The notes below the pieces were generated by a model. That model had not been told where the DNA came from. It was given only the letters and a program-made list of their open reading frames with translations, and did no database searches. A stretch of 64,000 bases of DNA from Balneolaceae bacterium. Its GTDB lineage: Bacteria; Bacteroidota; Rhodothermia; Balneolales; Balneolaceae. Shown piece after piece: positions 49,901 to 58,444 of this stretch (positions are counted from its first letter, which is position 1; the number at the start of each line of letters is the position of its first letter). The stretch spans positions 2,218,730 to 2,282,729 of the forward strand of contig CP030887.1 of NCBI GenBank assembly GCA_006969905.1. Direction: 5' to 3'. The position numbers were made by a program, and so were the translations under genes.

Positions 49901-52900
49901 CTATCGCTGGTACCAGATACCATAGTAATGGTTCCATAATTAGTACCACCGCCCTGCCCGGTTGTTCCTGTATTGGTGATATTGCCGGTATTAGGAATTA
50001 CCCCTGTTGTTGGTCTTATTTCTAGTCCGGTAAATTCCAGTTGACCGGGGTTAGTAGAAGAGGCTACATCTACAGTAAACGTAACCGTTGTTGTGTTAAC
50101 GCTGGTAAAGGAGGCGTTGAGTTCAGTTGATCCACCAAAAGCCGGAGATTCTGTCACATTAATAGTACCACCTGTATTCCATTCGTAACCTGTTGGGGCT
50201 GTCAATACAAAAGTGCCGGTAGCGGTAAATTCCCCTATAAAACCTTCCTGTACAAAGGGGCCGGTAAGCGCTGTATAAGTAGTATTTGCATCATCTGCAG
50301 AAATAGCTGAACCGCCCGTAGCCGGTGTGATTTTTCGTATAGCCTGGTCATATTTATCAGCGAGGTAATCTTCAATGCTTTCCCGTTCAGACTGCGAAAT
50401 ACTACGGCTGTAAAAAATAAACTCAGCTATTTCACCATCCCAGCTTACATTTGCCGCATTCGGATCATCTTTTCCTCCTTTACCTAAAATAGCCGTAGTA
50501 GCCGCTGCTGCTGATATGGTACCAGAGGGAGGGGGATCAGCGGCCGAACTGGGGTTATTCAAAATACCGTCTACAAAAAGATCGTAAGTAATACCACTTT
50601 CCCACTGTAAGCTGATGATTTGGGCATTAGTGGTTTGTATATCCGAAAAGCTTTCTAATTGGTTGTCGGCTGCATTACCCAGAATGCCTGTTTTAACTAC
50701 ATTCGTGAAGGCACCTGCGCCATTTGCCCCTGAAGCATCATATCTGATTGTCAGCGTTTTATCCTCACCGGCAGGTGTTTCAGCAATAAACAAACCCCGG
50801 TCACTATTGGTGACATCTGATTTAAACACTACAAAAAGGCTGAACTCAGCTAGGTTATCAATATAATTTGCATCGCCATCCGCATCTTCAAAATGATCGC
50901 CATTTCCCGCAAAGCTTACAGATGGTTGGCTGTTTAGGTTTGCAGAACTGGCAATAAAGGTGGGTGCTGTACCTGCATCAGCTACACCTATATAATCATT
51001 TCCATTTCCACTTTGATCAGCCCAGGTTGTAATGGCAACCCCATCACCTTCAGAAATACCGGCATCTGCCCGCAACCATACTTCCAGGTTGGGAATGGTT
51101 TCTACAGGGCTAACATCAATGGTTCGTTTCAGGGAATCACTTTTCAGGGCTCCGTCACTTACAATAAAACTTACTACACGTTCAGGCCCTGAGGCAATGG
51201 TTGCATAATTTTTATAGTCAACGGATCGTAACGCGGCCTGGTAATCACTTAGGAGGTTGTTTCCTGTCAGCTTTAACCACCCTGTTGCTGTATCATAAGT
51301 TCCCGTAATCCCGAACAGGGTAGAATAAATAAGAGAATCTTCTGTAGGTTTGAAGTTTTCCGAAATAACCACAATAGCACTGTCGAGGAAAGTATCATCC
51401 GGATCGGATACCACGATGGTATTGGTAATTTGTACAGCAGCATCAGGATAAGCCAGGTTTTCGGATTCAATGGAACTCAACACAGGCTTGGAATTTGTTG
51501 CTGTAACAGTAATATCCCGGGTTTCTGTGTTGCTGTTGTTATCTCCATCATTAATAACAAAAGAGATGTTTCTGTTTAGCTCTACCGGGTCAGAACTGGT
51601 ATTTTCATAAGTAACGGCACGTAATGCTGCCTGGTAATTTGCTTTTGTATCGCTACCTGAAAGGGTTAAGACGCCTGTTCCTGCTGCAAAGCTTCCGGTA
51701 ATACTTCCTGCATCTGTAAAGCTCAGGATGTCTTCACCTAAGGTATAATTTCCTGTGATACTTATAGTAGCGCTTTCCATATTAGTATCATCAAAGTCTT
51801 CGAGTGTAATTGCGGAGGTAATGGCTACGGCTCCGTCTCCTTCATTATAGGCCAGGTTTCCGGCCTCAATATTGGCAAGAGTAGGGGTGATTACTGCATC
51901 TATCACATTTACATTTCTACTTACTGTGTTACTTACATCATCCCAGTCATAGGTTTCAAACTCAATGGTCCTTGTACTTGCTGTGGGGTTTGCAGCAGAG
52001 TTTCTATAATTGATTGAACGAAGCGCAGTTTGGTAATTGGCTTTGGTATCTCTACCTGTTAGCAGAAGTACCCCTGTAGTGCCGTTATAAGTACCTGTAA
52101 TACTTCCTGTATCAACAAAAATCAATGAATCTTCACCTGTTACAAAATTAGTGGTTATGGAAACCCTGGCGCTGTCCATATTCAGATGCGGGTCGGTATC
52201 AGTTACGGTAATGGTATTGGTAATTTGAGTATCAGGGTTGCCTTCGGTGAAGTCAATATTGGTACCTTCAATTGCTCCCAAAATGGGTGCTGTATTTCCC
52301 CACTTATCTTCAAAATAGGTATTTAAGCTAGCTATTTGCCCGCCATTTAGAGCCGTATTCCAGGATGCAAACTCTGCAATTTGTCCTGCAAAATTTCCAT
52401 TTTCGTTAGCCAGGGTAACCGGGTTTTTTGTATTTCCACTATTACCTCCTAAACCCGAAGTTTCACTGGTAGCAGGCATATCTCCGGCATCTGTAAATGA
52501 ACTGAATGCCCCGTTATTAACTTGTGCAGTCCAAACATTTGAATCATGATATGCAATTACGGTATAGGATGTATTAGCCTGAACAGCACCCAGATTTATG
52601 GATTTATGCCGCACAGCATTGGAGCCCCCCCAATTTCCATCCCCTCTGCTGTAAGCCTGGGCATAGAGTACTCCATCTTCCAGAGTGAAATTATATCCTC
52701 TTGTACCACTCGTTTGCTCATAGATAACCTGGAACCCGGAAATATTGGTTCCCGTCCTGAAAACGAATGCAAATGCTTTTTGGCTAAATATGCTGTTATT
52801 AATAAGTGCTTCAACTGTTTTAACCAATTCATTAGCAGCACCATCAAATACTACAGAGCCCCGTTCCCCAAAACCGTCCGTATCGTAAGTGGCGGCATCG

Positions 52901-54507
52901 CCGGTTGTAAAGTCAAAATTATTAGTGGTATTTAAGTCTACCCAGGTAGAAATTGCTGCACCATCAGCAGTATTGGCAATGCCATCGTCATCTACATCCT
53001 GGGCATCAAAATGAAATACATTATTTGAAATATCAGTTGTTAAATCTGTGAGGGTAGTAATAATATCAATATCCCTGGTTACAGTATTTGTAGCATTCGT
53101 TCCTTTATACCCTGTAATTGAAACTGTTCTTGTAAGTGAACTGGGGGAAACTGGTTCATCATTGCTATATGTGATACTTCGTAGGGCACTTTGGTAATTA
53201 GCAAGGCTAGTTGTTCCAGTAAGCAATAGCTTTCCTGTTGCAGTTGAATATGTTCCGGTAATAGTACCATCTGTAAAATTCAGTTGATCATCCGGGTTAT
53301 CCAGGTTCCCGGTTATCTGTACAATAGCGCTGTCCAAAGTTGTAATAGTAGGGTGGGAGTCAACGGTAAGTGCCGAAGTAATGAATACAGCCGAACCGCC
53401 AGCGGTATAAAGCTGAGTACTGGTTTCAATATTACTTAGCCCCGGGACATCAGCCAGTTCTTCTATAAAAGCAGAGGGGTTTAACTGGTTTTTATATTCA
53501 GTGAGAATCCAATCCTCAGAACGATCAATATCAGATATCCGGACTTCATCCATAATACCATCTACAGCATCTGCACTTCTGGAGATATATAAAGGATCGT
53601 TATTAGCAATAAATGCATCAGTATTTGTATTGGAAGCAACCAGGGCACCATCCTGGTAAATAGCCATTCCTGAAGAACTTTGAACAAAGCTAATGTACAC
53701 CCAGGTTGCGTTTGCCAGTGGGTTTGCCGTACTGGTGGTCAATACATTGGTTCCGTTTTTCCTCCATCGTGTTCTTACTCCACTTCTTGCACTGGCCTCG
53801 TAAGAAAGGTTAATTCCTTTCGATATATAGTCTGGAACTTGTGTACTTGTTTGGTTGAACCAAAAAGACAGGGTAATATTACCGGTGATATCCAGGCTTG
53901 CGGCATCAGGTACCTGAATAAAATCAGCATCCGCACGTACAAAATTCCGGGCATTTCCGATTTGTCCGGCTACAGTTGGGATACCCCCGGTACCATTTTC
54001 TGTACCATCGTTGCCGTTTGTGGTACCATCTGTTTCAGTAGCACCTCCGTCCATGTGCATAACCAGTTGGTAGTTAGAGTCCCAGGTGGAAGTAGAGCTT
54101 TGATCAGTAGTAATCCCGGAATCCCCGTAGTAAATGAAGAACTGTGTATCAATGGAGGGGCTCAATGTAGGGAACTTCACCCAAAAGATAATTTCACCGG
54201 TGCCGGAGTTATAGGATTCCAGCTCAAAGTCTAATGCAGTGGTGCCGTCTGCAGCAGAAAAAGCAATATCGAAACCATTTACATTTTCTACCCCGGTTCC
54301 CGGGTTATGGATAAAATCACCATCTGTAACATTAATAAGAACCGGAAAGTTAGTAAGATCAGTGGTGCCGCTTACACTATCGCTTTCTATGATATACTTT
54401 TTCCTGTTTGCAAAAGAACCCAATTGAGCATAGGCTATTTCTGCAAAAAAGGTCGTAAGCAGTACACATATAAATACGCTATATGTTTTCTTAGAAAACA
54501 ATATCAA
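46972..54507 (-). CDS. Giant T9SS-secreted adhesin-like protein, paralog with four repeats
   Basis: Same domain order as 38865-46871; shared block YGDFLDGTLTQGYTGSTLGNAPLDSLQPNVLTYLE; NQNYPNPFNP tail. Confidence 0.85.
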   Translation of the reverse strand: MILFSKKTYSVFICVLLTTFFAEIAYAQLGSFANRKKYIIESDSVSGTTDLTNFPVLINVTDGDFIHNPGTGVENVNGFDIAFSAADGTTALDFELESYNSGTGEIIFWVKFPTLSPSIDTQFFIYYGDSGITTDQSSTSTWDSNYQLVMHMDGGATETDGTTNGNDGTENGTGGIPTVAGQIGNARNFVRADADFIQVPDAASLDITGNITLSFWFNQTSTQVPDYISKGINLSYEASARSGVRTRWRKNGTNVLTTSTANPLANATWVYISFVQSSSGMAIYQDGALVASNTNTDAFIANNDPLYISRSADAVDGIMDEVRISDIDRSEDWILTEYKNQLNPSAFIEELADVPGLSNIETSTQLYTAGGSAVFITSALTVDSHPTITTLDSAIVQITGNLDNPDDQLNFTDGTITGTYSTATGKLLLTGTTSLANYQSALRSITYSNDEPVSPSSLTRTVSITGYKGTNATNTVTRDIDIITTLTDLTTDISNNVFHFDAQDVDDDGIANTADGAAISTWVDLNTTNNFDFTTGDAATYDTDGFGERGSVVFDGAANELVKTVEALINNSIFSQKAFAFVFRTGTNISGFQVIYEQTSGTRGYNFTLEDGVLYAQAYSRGDGNWGGSNAVRHKSINLGAVQANTSYTVIAYHDSNVWTAQVNNGAFSSFTDAGDMPATSETSGLGGNSGNTKNPVTLANENGNFAGQIAEFASWNTALNGGQIASLNTYFEDKWGNTAPILGAIEGTNIDFTEGNPDTQITNTITVTDTDPHLNMDSARVSITTNFVTGEDSLIFVDTGSITGTYNGTTGVLLLTGRDTKANYQTALRSINYRNSAANPTASTRTIEFETYDWDDVSNTVSRNVNVIDAVITPTLANIEAGNLAYNEGDGAVAITSAITLEDFDDTNMESATISITGNYTLGEDILSFTDAGSITGSFAAGTGVLTLSGSDTKANYQAALRAVTYENTSSDPVELNRNISFVINDGDNNSNTETRDITVTATNSKPVLSSIESENLAYPDAAVQITNTIVVSDPDDTFLDSAIVVISENFKPTEDSLIYSTLFGITGTYDTATGWLKLTGNNLLSDYQAALRSVDYKNYATIASGPERVVSFIVSDGALKSDSLKRTIDVSPVETIPNLEVWLRADAGISEGDGVAITTWADQSGNGNDYIGVADAGTAPTFIASSANLNSQPSVSFAGNGDHFEDADGDANYIDNLAEFSLFVVFKSDVTNSDRGLFIAETPAGEDKTLTIRYDASGANGAGAFTNVVKTGILGNAADNQLESFSDIQTTNAQIISLQWESGITYDLFVDGILNNPSSAADPPPSGTISAAAATTAILGKGGKDDPNAANVSWDGEIAEFIFYSRSISQSERESIEDYLADKYDQAIRKITPATGGSAISADDANTTYTALTGPFVQEGFIGEFTATGTFVLTAPTGYEWNTGGTINVTESPAFGGSTELNASFTSVNTTTVTFTVDVASSTNPGQLEFTGLEIRPTTGVIPNTGNITNTGTTGQGGGTNYGTITMVSGTSDSLIFTQQPTTTNVDSTISPAVRVQLVDQFGNSIEQSGVDISIALATGSTGNLNQSTPIATNALGIAEFDTLAIDDIGTKELVATSTGLSPDTSSTFEIVNAGTLTGFTVERVPSGNISAKTAGQSFNIIITAIDGTATTVTTFNGTVVISSSCTMGTGQGTSANFVDGVLASTTVSITSVGNCTITATNSSGPEFGTSNSFTVSAGAASGTTSTITASPTVILNDGISTSTITVDLKDVYGNDITTGGDAVVLSITPTALGSLGGVTDNTDGTYSATLTSSTTLGTDNITGTVNAASITDDADVEYAAFSHIWDSQLGSASLASDWEDTGNWNVGTVPGPSSVVFIPATPAVGNELPVIDVAGASVASVTMESGASLTISGSINFTISGDISGGSVLGSNADSLTVGGDILNVSTINVGTVILNGSAAQSITNPHSYTNLEIDNAAGVSIEQNLAISDSLFMTAGELLIPSGLNLTVTGISYGTGVLRFQRTITGVRGWRILSSPVASTYGDFLDGTLTQGYTGSTLGNAPLDSLQPNVLTYLETVVGTDNERYRAPTNITDNLVEGQGVFVFFFDDVAADARYNNPLPDTLDVSGQEFNGTAGEVDFGVTYTALADTGWNLIGNPFGATIDWDDGANWTKTNIESTIYVWDPAANGGNGEYLTWNGTTGTLGTGLIAPFQGFWVKASTSSPVLKVTTAAKTTGGAFLRKEANKTPGGTDSPLITLELTAQGLEKETSIMFSPEGSKDKDVLDAYELLPLTENRIELHTLLPDGTALSINNLPGVLTNRIKIPITVGGYFEGQPIVGDFKLRAINLDNLSDEWLLILTDNETGEEIDLLNTEFYEFFHATSGNAKVAHPNSRQKLTQKNSLATRFTLLITTEEIEANIPRIAFLNQNYPNPFNPSTVIEYGVSEDGFVELDIFDILGRKVRTVVSAPRNAGNYSVTINALDLASGIYFYRLQTSEGIFIQKMTLIK

Positions 54508-54725
54508 AATCCTGGTTACTATTTGCCGTCTAAAAAATAACTAAACGCAGTGTATTAACAGCATAGGTTAGCCAATTCTAACTCATACACAAATCTTGTA
54601 TTAATTGCATTAACATACAAACAAAAGCAATTTTCGGTTTAAAAAACTAAACCTTGTTAAAGAGTAAACAAAACTTTCAATCAAATAGCTTATAAGGCTA
54701 TATTAGCAGCCCAATTAAGTTAAGA

Positions 54726-55436
54726 TTGCCCATGAAAGGAATAGTATTAGCCGGGGGTACCGGATCAAGATTATATCCACTTACAAAGGTTACAAATAAA
54801 CATTTGTTGCCTGTAGGTGAAAAGCCCATGATTTATCACCCCATTGAAAAGCTTCTGGAAGCAGGTATCCAGGAAATTTTGATTGTAACCGGAACTGAAC
54901 ACATGGGGGATGTGGTAAATCTGCTGGGTTCCGGGAAAGATTTTGGTTGCCGCTTTACCTATAAAGTACAAGATGAGGCAGGTGGTATAGCCCAGGCATT
55001 AGGCCTGGCCGAGAATTTTGCAGGAGATGATCCCGTAGTGGTTATTCTTGGGGATAATATTTTTGAGCATTCGCTTCAAAAAGCCATGGATAATTATGAA
55101 GGAGCCGGGGCGCAGATTTTGATCCAGGAAGTGCACGACCCGGAACGTTATGGGGTTGCAGAACTGGATGGCGACAGGGTTATTTCAATCGAAGAAAAGC
55201 CTAAGAATCCAAAATCGAATTATGCTGTTACCGGTATTTATTTTTATGATGCTACGGTTTATGAGTGCATTAAGACCTTGAAGCCCTCTGGCAGGGGAGA
55301 ACTCGAAATCACAGATGTAAACAACCACTATATTGCTAAGGGAGTAATGAAGAGTTCTGTTTTAGAAGGTTGGTGGACAGATGCAGGTACGCCGGAATCA
55401 TATCGACATGCTAACGAACTTGCCCGGAATAATTAA
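54726..55436 (+). CDS. rfbA: Glucose-1-phosphate thymidylyltransferase (short form)
   Basis: GIVLAGGTGSRLYPLT, EEKP, RGELEITD, WTDAGT; likely ATG at 54732. Confidence 0.9.
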   Translation: MPMKGIVLAGGTGSRLYPLTKVTNKHLLPVGEKPMIYHPIEKLLEAGIQEILIVTGTEHMGDVVNLLGSGKDFGCRFTYKVQDEAGGIAQALGLAENFAGDDPVVVILGDNIFEHSLQKAMDNYEGAGAQILIQEVHDPERYGVAELDGDRVISIEEKPKNPKSNYAVTGIYFYDATVYECIKTLKPSGRGELEITDVNNHYIAKGVMKSSVLEGWWTDAGTPESYRHANELARNN

Positions 55437-55439
55437 TCA

Positions 55440-56297
55440 ATGAAGTTGTTGATAACAGGTGCCAATGGTCAGTTAGGGCAGGAATGGGTAAGCTTTTGTA
55501 ACGCGAAAGGAATTAGTTACGAAGCTTTCGATTTACCCGGGTTAGATATCACCAATACCGGGTCACTTAAATCAAAAATCCGGCAAGTACAGCCTGATGC
55601 TATAATCAACTGTGCCGCCTACACTCGTGTTGATGAAGCAGAAATTCAAAAGGAGAAATCCGAAAGAATAAATGCAGAAGCCGTGCATATACTTGCCTCA
55701 CTATGCAAAGAAAACAGTATAAAACTCGTGCATTATTCCACCGATTATGTATTTAGCGGCGACATAAATGATCGGCTTCAATTTCCAAACGGGTATCCTG
55801 AAACACATACAACTTCGCCAATTAACCAGTATGGGTATTCAAAATGGTTAGGGGAAAAAAGCATAATCGAATCTGGCTGCGACTATTTATTGATCAGGGT
55901 CTCCTGGCTTTGCGGGAAACATGGCAGCAACTTTGTTAAAACCATGCTCACACTCAGTAGCCAAAGAAATGAACTTACTGTTGTGAATGATCAATTTGGA
56001 AGCCCAACATTCGCTGATAATGTTGTTGAAAATAGTGTAGTATTGTTAGAAACTGGGCAAAACGGTGTTTTTCATTTGAGTTCTTTAGGGATATGTACAT
56101 GGTACGATTTTGCCTCCGAAATTTTCTCCCGACAGGGAATTGATGTAACTGTGAATCCGGTAGATTCTTCGGCTTTTCCTACCCAGGCAAAACGCCCTGC
56201 TTTTTCTAAGCTAAGCACCCAAAAAATTGCTACCATTAACGGAGTTACGTTGGCAGGCTGGAAAGAAGGATTACAACAATTGCTTAAAACGCTTTGA
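55440..56297 (+). CDS. rfbD: dTDP-4-dehydrorhamnose reductase
   Basis: GANGQLG, STDYVF, YGYSK, DQFGSPT. Confidence 0.95.
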   Translation: MKLLITGANGQLGQEWVSFCNAKGISYEAFDLPGLDITNTGSLKSKIRQVQPDAIINCAAYTRVDEAEIQKEKSERINAEAVHILASLCKENSIKLVHYSTDYVFSGDINDRLQFPNGYPETHTTSPINQYGYSKWLGEKSIIESGCDYLLIRVSWLCGKHGSNFVKTMLTLSSQRNELTVVNDQFGSPTFADNVVENSVVLLETGQNGVFHLSSLGICTWYDFASEIFSRQGIDVTVNPVDSSAFPTQAKRPAFSKLSTQKIATINGVTLAGWKEGLQQLLKTL

Positions 56298-56845
56298 TAA
56301 TGAAGATTACCGAGAGCAGGATTAAAGAAGTTAAGCTTCTTGAACCCAGGGTTTTTGAAGATGACCGGGGTTACTTTTTTGAATCATACAGAGAAAACCT
56401 ATTGCAGGAAGCAGGCATCTCAGGTGCTTTTGTTCAGGATAATGTTTCAAAATCATTCCAGGGAACAGTAAGAGGATTGCATTACCAGATCAAGAATCCG
56501 CAAGCTAAATTGGTAAGCTGTCTAAAAGGGACTATTCTTGATGTGGCTGTAGATATCCGAAGAAATTCGTCAACTTTTGGTAATTATGTAGCTTTTAAGC
56601 TGTCAGAAGAAAATCACCGGATGCTATATGTACCTATTGGTTTTGCCCATGGGTTTTCAGTATTAAGTGAGGAAGCAATAGTATCATACAAATGTACGGA
56701 TTACTATAATCCTGATGGAGAGCGGGGTATTCGTTGGGATGATCCGTTAATTAGGATCAACTGGGATGTATCCCGACCCATATTATCTGAAAAAGATCGC
56801 AAGCTTCCGTTATTTTCATCATTAAGAGAAGAGGACACCTTTTGA
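56294..56845 (+). CDS. rfbC: dTDP-4-dehydrorhamnose 3,5-epimerase
   Basis: DDRGYF, QDNVS, RGLHYQ, GFAHGF. Confidence 0.95.
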   Translation: MIMKITESRIKEVKLLEPRVFEDDRGYFFESYRENLLQEAGISGAFVQDNVSKSFQGTVRGLHYQIKNPQAKLVSCLKGTILDVAVDIRRNSSTFGNYVAFKLSEENHRMLYVPIGFAHGFSVLSEEAIVSYKCTDYYNPDGERGIRWDDPLIRINWDVSRPILSEKDRKLPLFSSLREEDTF

Positions 56846-57849
56846 AAAAGATAATTGTAACAGGAGGAGCCGGATTTATTGGTTCTAACCTAATCCTGAA
56901 ATTGTTCAAAGATTATCCGGACTGGACGATAATGAATATCGACAAGCTTACATATGCTTCTGATCAATCGTACCTTAAACCCTTGCGTGATTCTGAGCGG
57001 TACTATTTTAAAAAAATTGATCTGGTAGATCGTGACGAGGTAAAAGACATAGTGAAGAGTTTTAAGCCGGATGGAGTTATTCATTTAGCAGCCGAGTCAC
57101 ATGTAGACAATTCCATAACCGGGCCGGGGCCTTTTATTCAATCTAATATTGTAGGTACATTTAATATTCTTGAAGAATGCCGACAGCTTTGGGTTGAAAA
57201 TGAGGAATCGTGGACTAAAAACCGGTTTTTACACGTATCAACTGATGAGGTTTATGGAGAACTGGAAGACGATGGTTTTTTCAAGGAGAATACACCCTAT
57301 GCTCCAAATTCACCGTATTCTGCTTCAAAAGCGGCGAGTGATATGATTGTACGTGCGTACTTTCAAACCTATGGCATGAATGTGGTTACTACCAATTGCT
57401 CCAACAATTACGGGCCTCATCAACACGATGAGAAACTGATACCCGTTGTGATTCGAAAAGCTCTTGGTCATGAACCTATTCCGGTATACGGGAAAGGACA
57501 AAATGTGCGAGACTGGCTGTTTGTAAGAGATCATTGCAGCGCTCTTGAAACTGCATTTTTGAAAGGGAAAGCAGGAGAAACTTACAATATTGGAGGGAAT
57601 AACGAGTGGAAAAACCTCGACCTGGTATACAAAATTTGTGATATCCTTAATGAAGAAGTTGGAAAGGGGCCCGAAGCAGATTATAAAAACCTGATCTCTT
57701 TTGTTACTGACCGTCCGGGTCATGATTTCCGTTATGCTATTGATGCTTCTAAAATCAAAAACGAATTGGGTTGGGAACCATCTCCTGATTTTGATGGAAT
57801 GCTAAGAGAAACCATTTTGTGGTATGTAAATAAGTATAACTCAAAATGA
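56842..57849 (+). CDS. rfbB: dTDP-glucose 4,6-dehydratase
   Basis: GGAGFIG, AAESHVDNSI, STDEVYG, YSASK, DRPGHDFRY. Confidence 0.96.
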   Translation: MKKIIVTGGAGFIGSNLILKLFKDYPDWTIMNIDKLTYASDQSYLKPLRDSERYYFKKIDLVDRDEVKDIVKSFKPDGVIHLAAESHVDNSITGPGPFIQSNIVGTFNILEECRQLWVENEESWTKNRFLHVSTDEVYGELEDDGFFKENTPYAPNSPYSASKAASDMIVRAYFQTYGMNVVTTNCSNNYGPHQHDEKLIPVVIRKALGHEPIPVYGKGQNVRDWLFVRDHCSALETAFLKGKAGETYNIGGNNEWKNLDLVYKICDILNEEVGKGPEADYKNLISFVTDRPGHDFRYAIDASKIKNELGWEPSPDFDGMLRETILWYVNKYNSK

Positions 57850-57853
57850 AAGA

Positions 57854-57901
57854 TTTAAGATTTAAAATTGGAATACACAGTCGCCAATTTTAAATCTTAA
57901 A
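57854..57901. repeat. Perfect 18-bp inverted repeat (hairpin)
   Basis: TTTAAGATTTAAAATTGG - 12 nt - CCAATTTTAAATCTTAAA between rfbB and the EVE gene. Confidence 0.85.
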
Positions 57902-57924
57902 TTTTGAATACATAATTCAGAAAT

Positions 57925-58401
57925 ATGAGCGATAAAAGATATTGGTTAATGAAATCAGAGCCAGATGCATACAGTATTGATGACCTTGAAAGAGACCAGG
58001 TAGAACCCTGGGATGGTATCAGAAACTACCAGGCACGGAACTTTATGAGAGACGATATGAAGATAGGAGACAAGATTTTTTTCTATCATTCCAATGCAAA
58101 CCCCATTGCCATTGTGGGTACCATGGAAGTAGCCAGTGAGCCTTATCCCGATCCTACCCAATTTGACCCGGACAATAAATACTTTGATGAGAAAAGCAGT
58201 GAGGAAAATCCGCGCTGGCAGTTAGTGGATGTAAAATTCATCCAAAAGTTTGAAAATCCGGTTACGCGTGAAGCTATGAAAGAAGAACCGGAGCTGGAAG
58301 ATATGCTTATCTTTAAAAGAAGCCGCCTGTCAATTACCCCGGTTACCGAAGCCGAGTGGAAGAAAATTCATGAGATGGCAGGGGTGAGTGTGCCTGGCTA
58401 A
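57925..58401 (+). CDS. EVE domain protein
   Basis: YWLMKSEP, WDGIRNYQARN, FFYHSN, SRLSITPV. Confidence 0.95.
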   Translation: MSDKRYWLMKSEPDAYSIDDLERDQVEPWDGIRNYQARNFMRDDMKIGDKIFFYHSNANPIAIVGTMEVASEPYPDPTQFDPDNKYFDEKSSEENPRWQLVDVKFIQKFENPVTREAMKEEPELEDMLIFKRSRLSITPVTEAEWKKIHEMAGVSVPG

Positions 58402-58444
58402 ATGCTGTAGCTAACGAATGGAAGTTATTGACAGTTTAACTTTG

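Noticed and set aside
57925-58401. EVE domain gene as partner of the m5C R-M cassette
   Set aside because: Stand-alone EVE genes are common housekeeping neighbours; it is over 3 kb away, on the opposite strand and outside the cassette boundaries.
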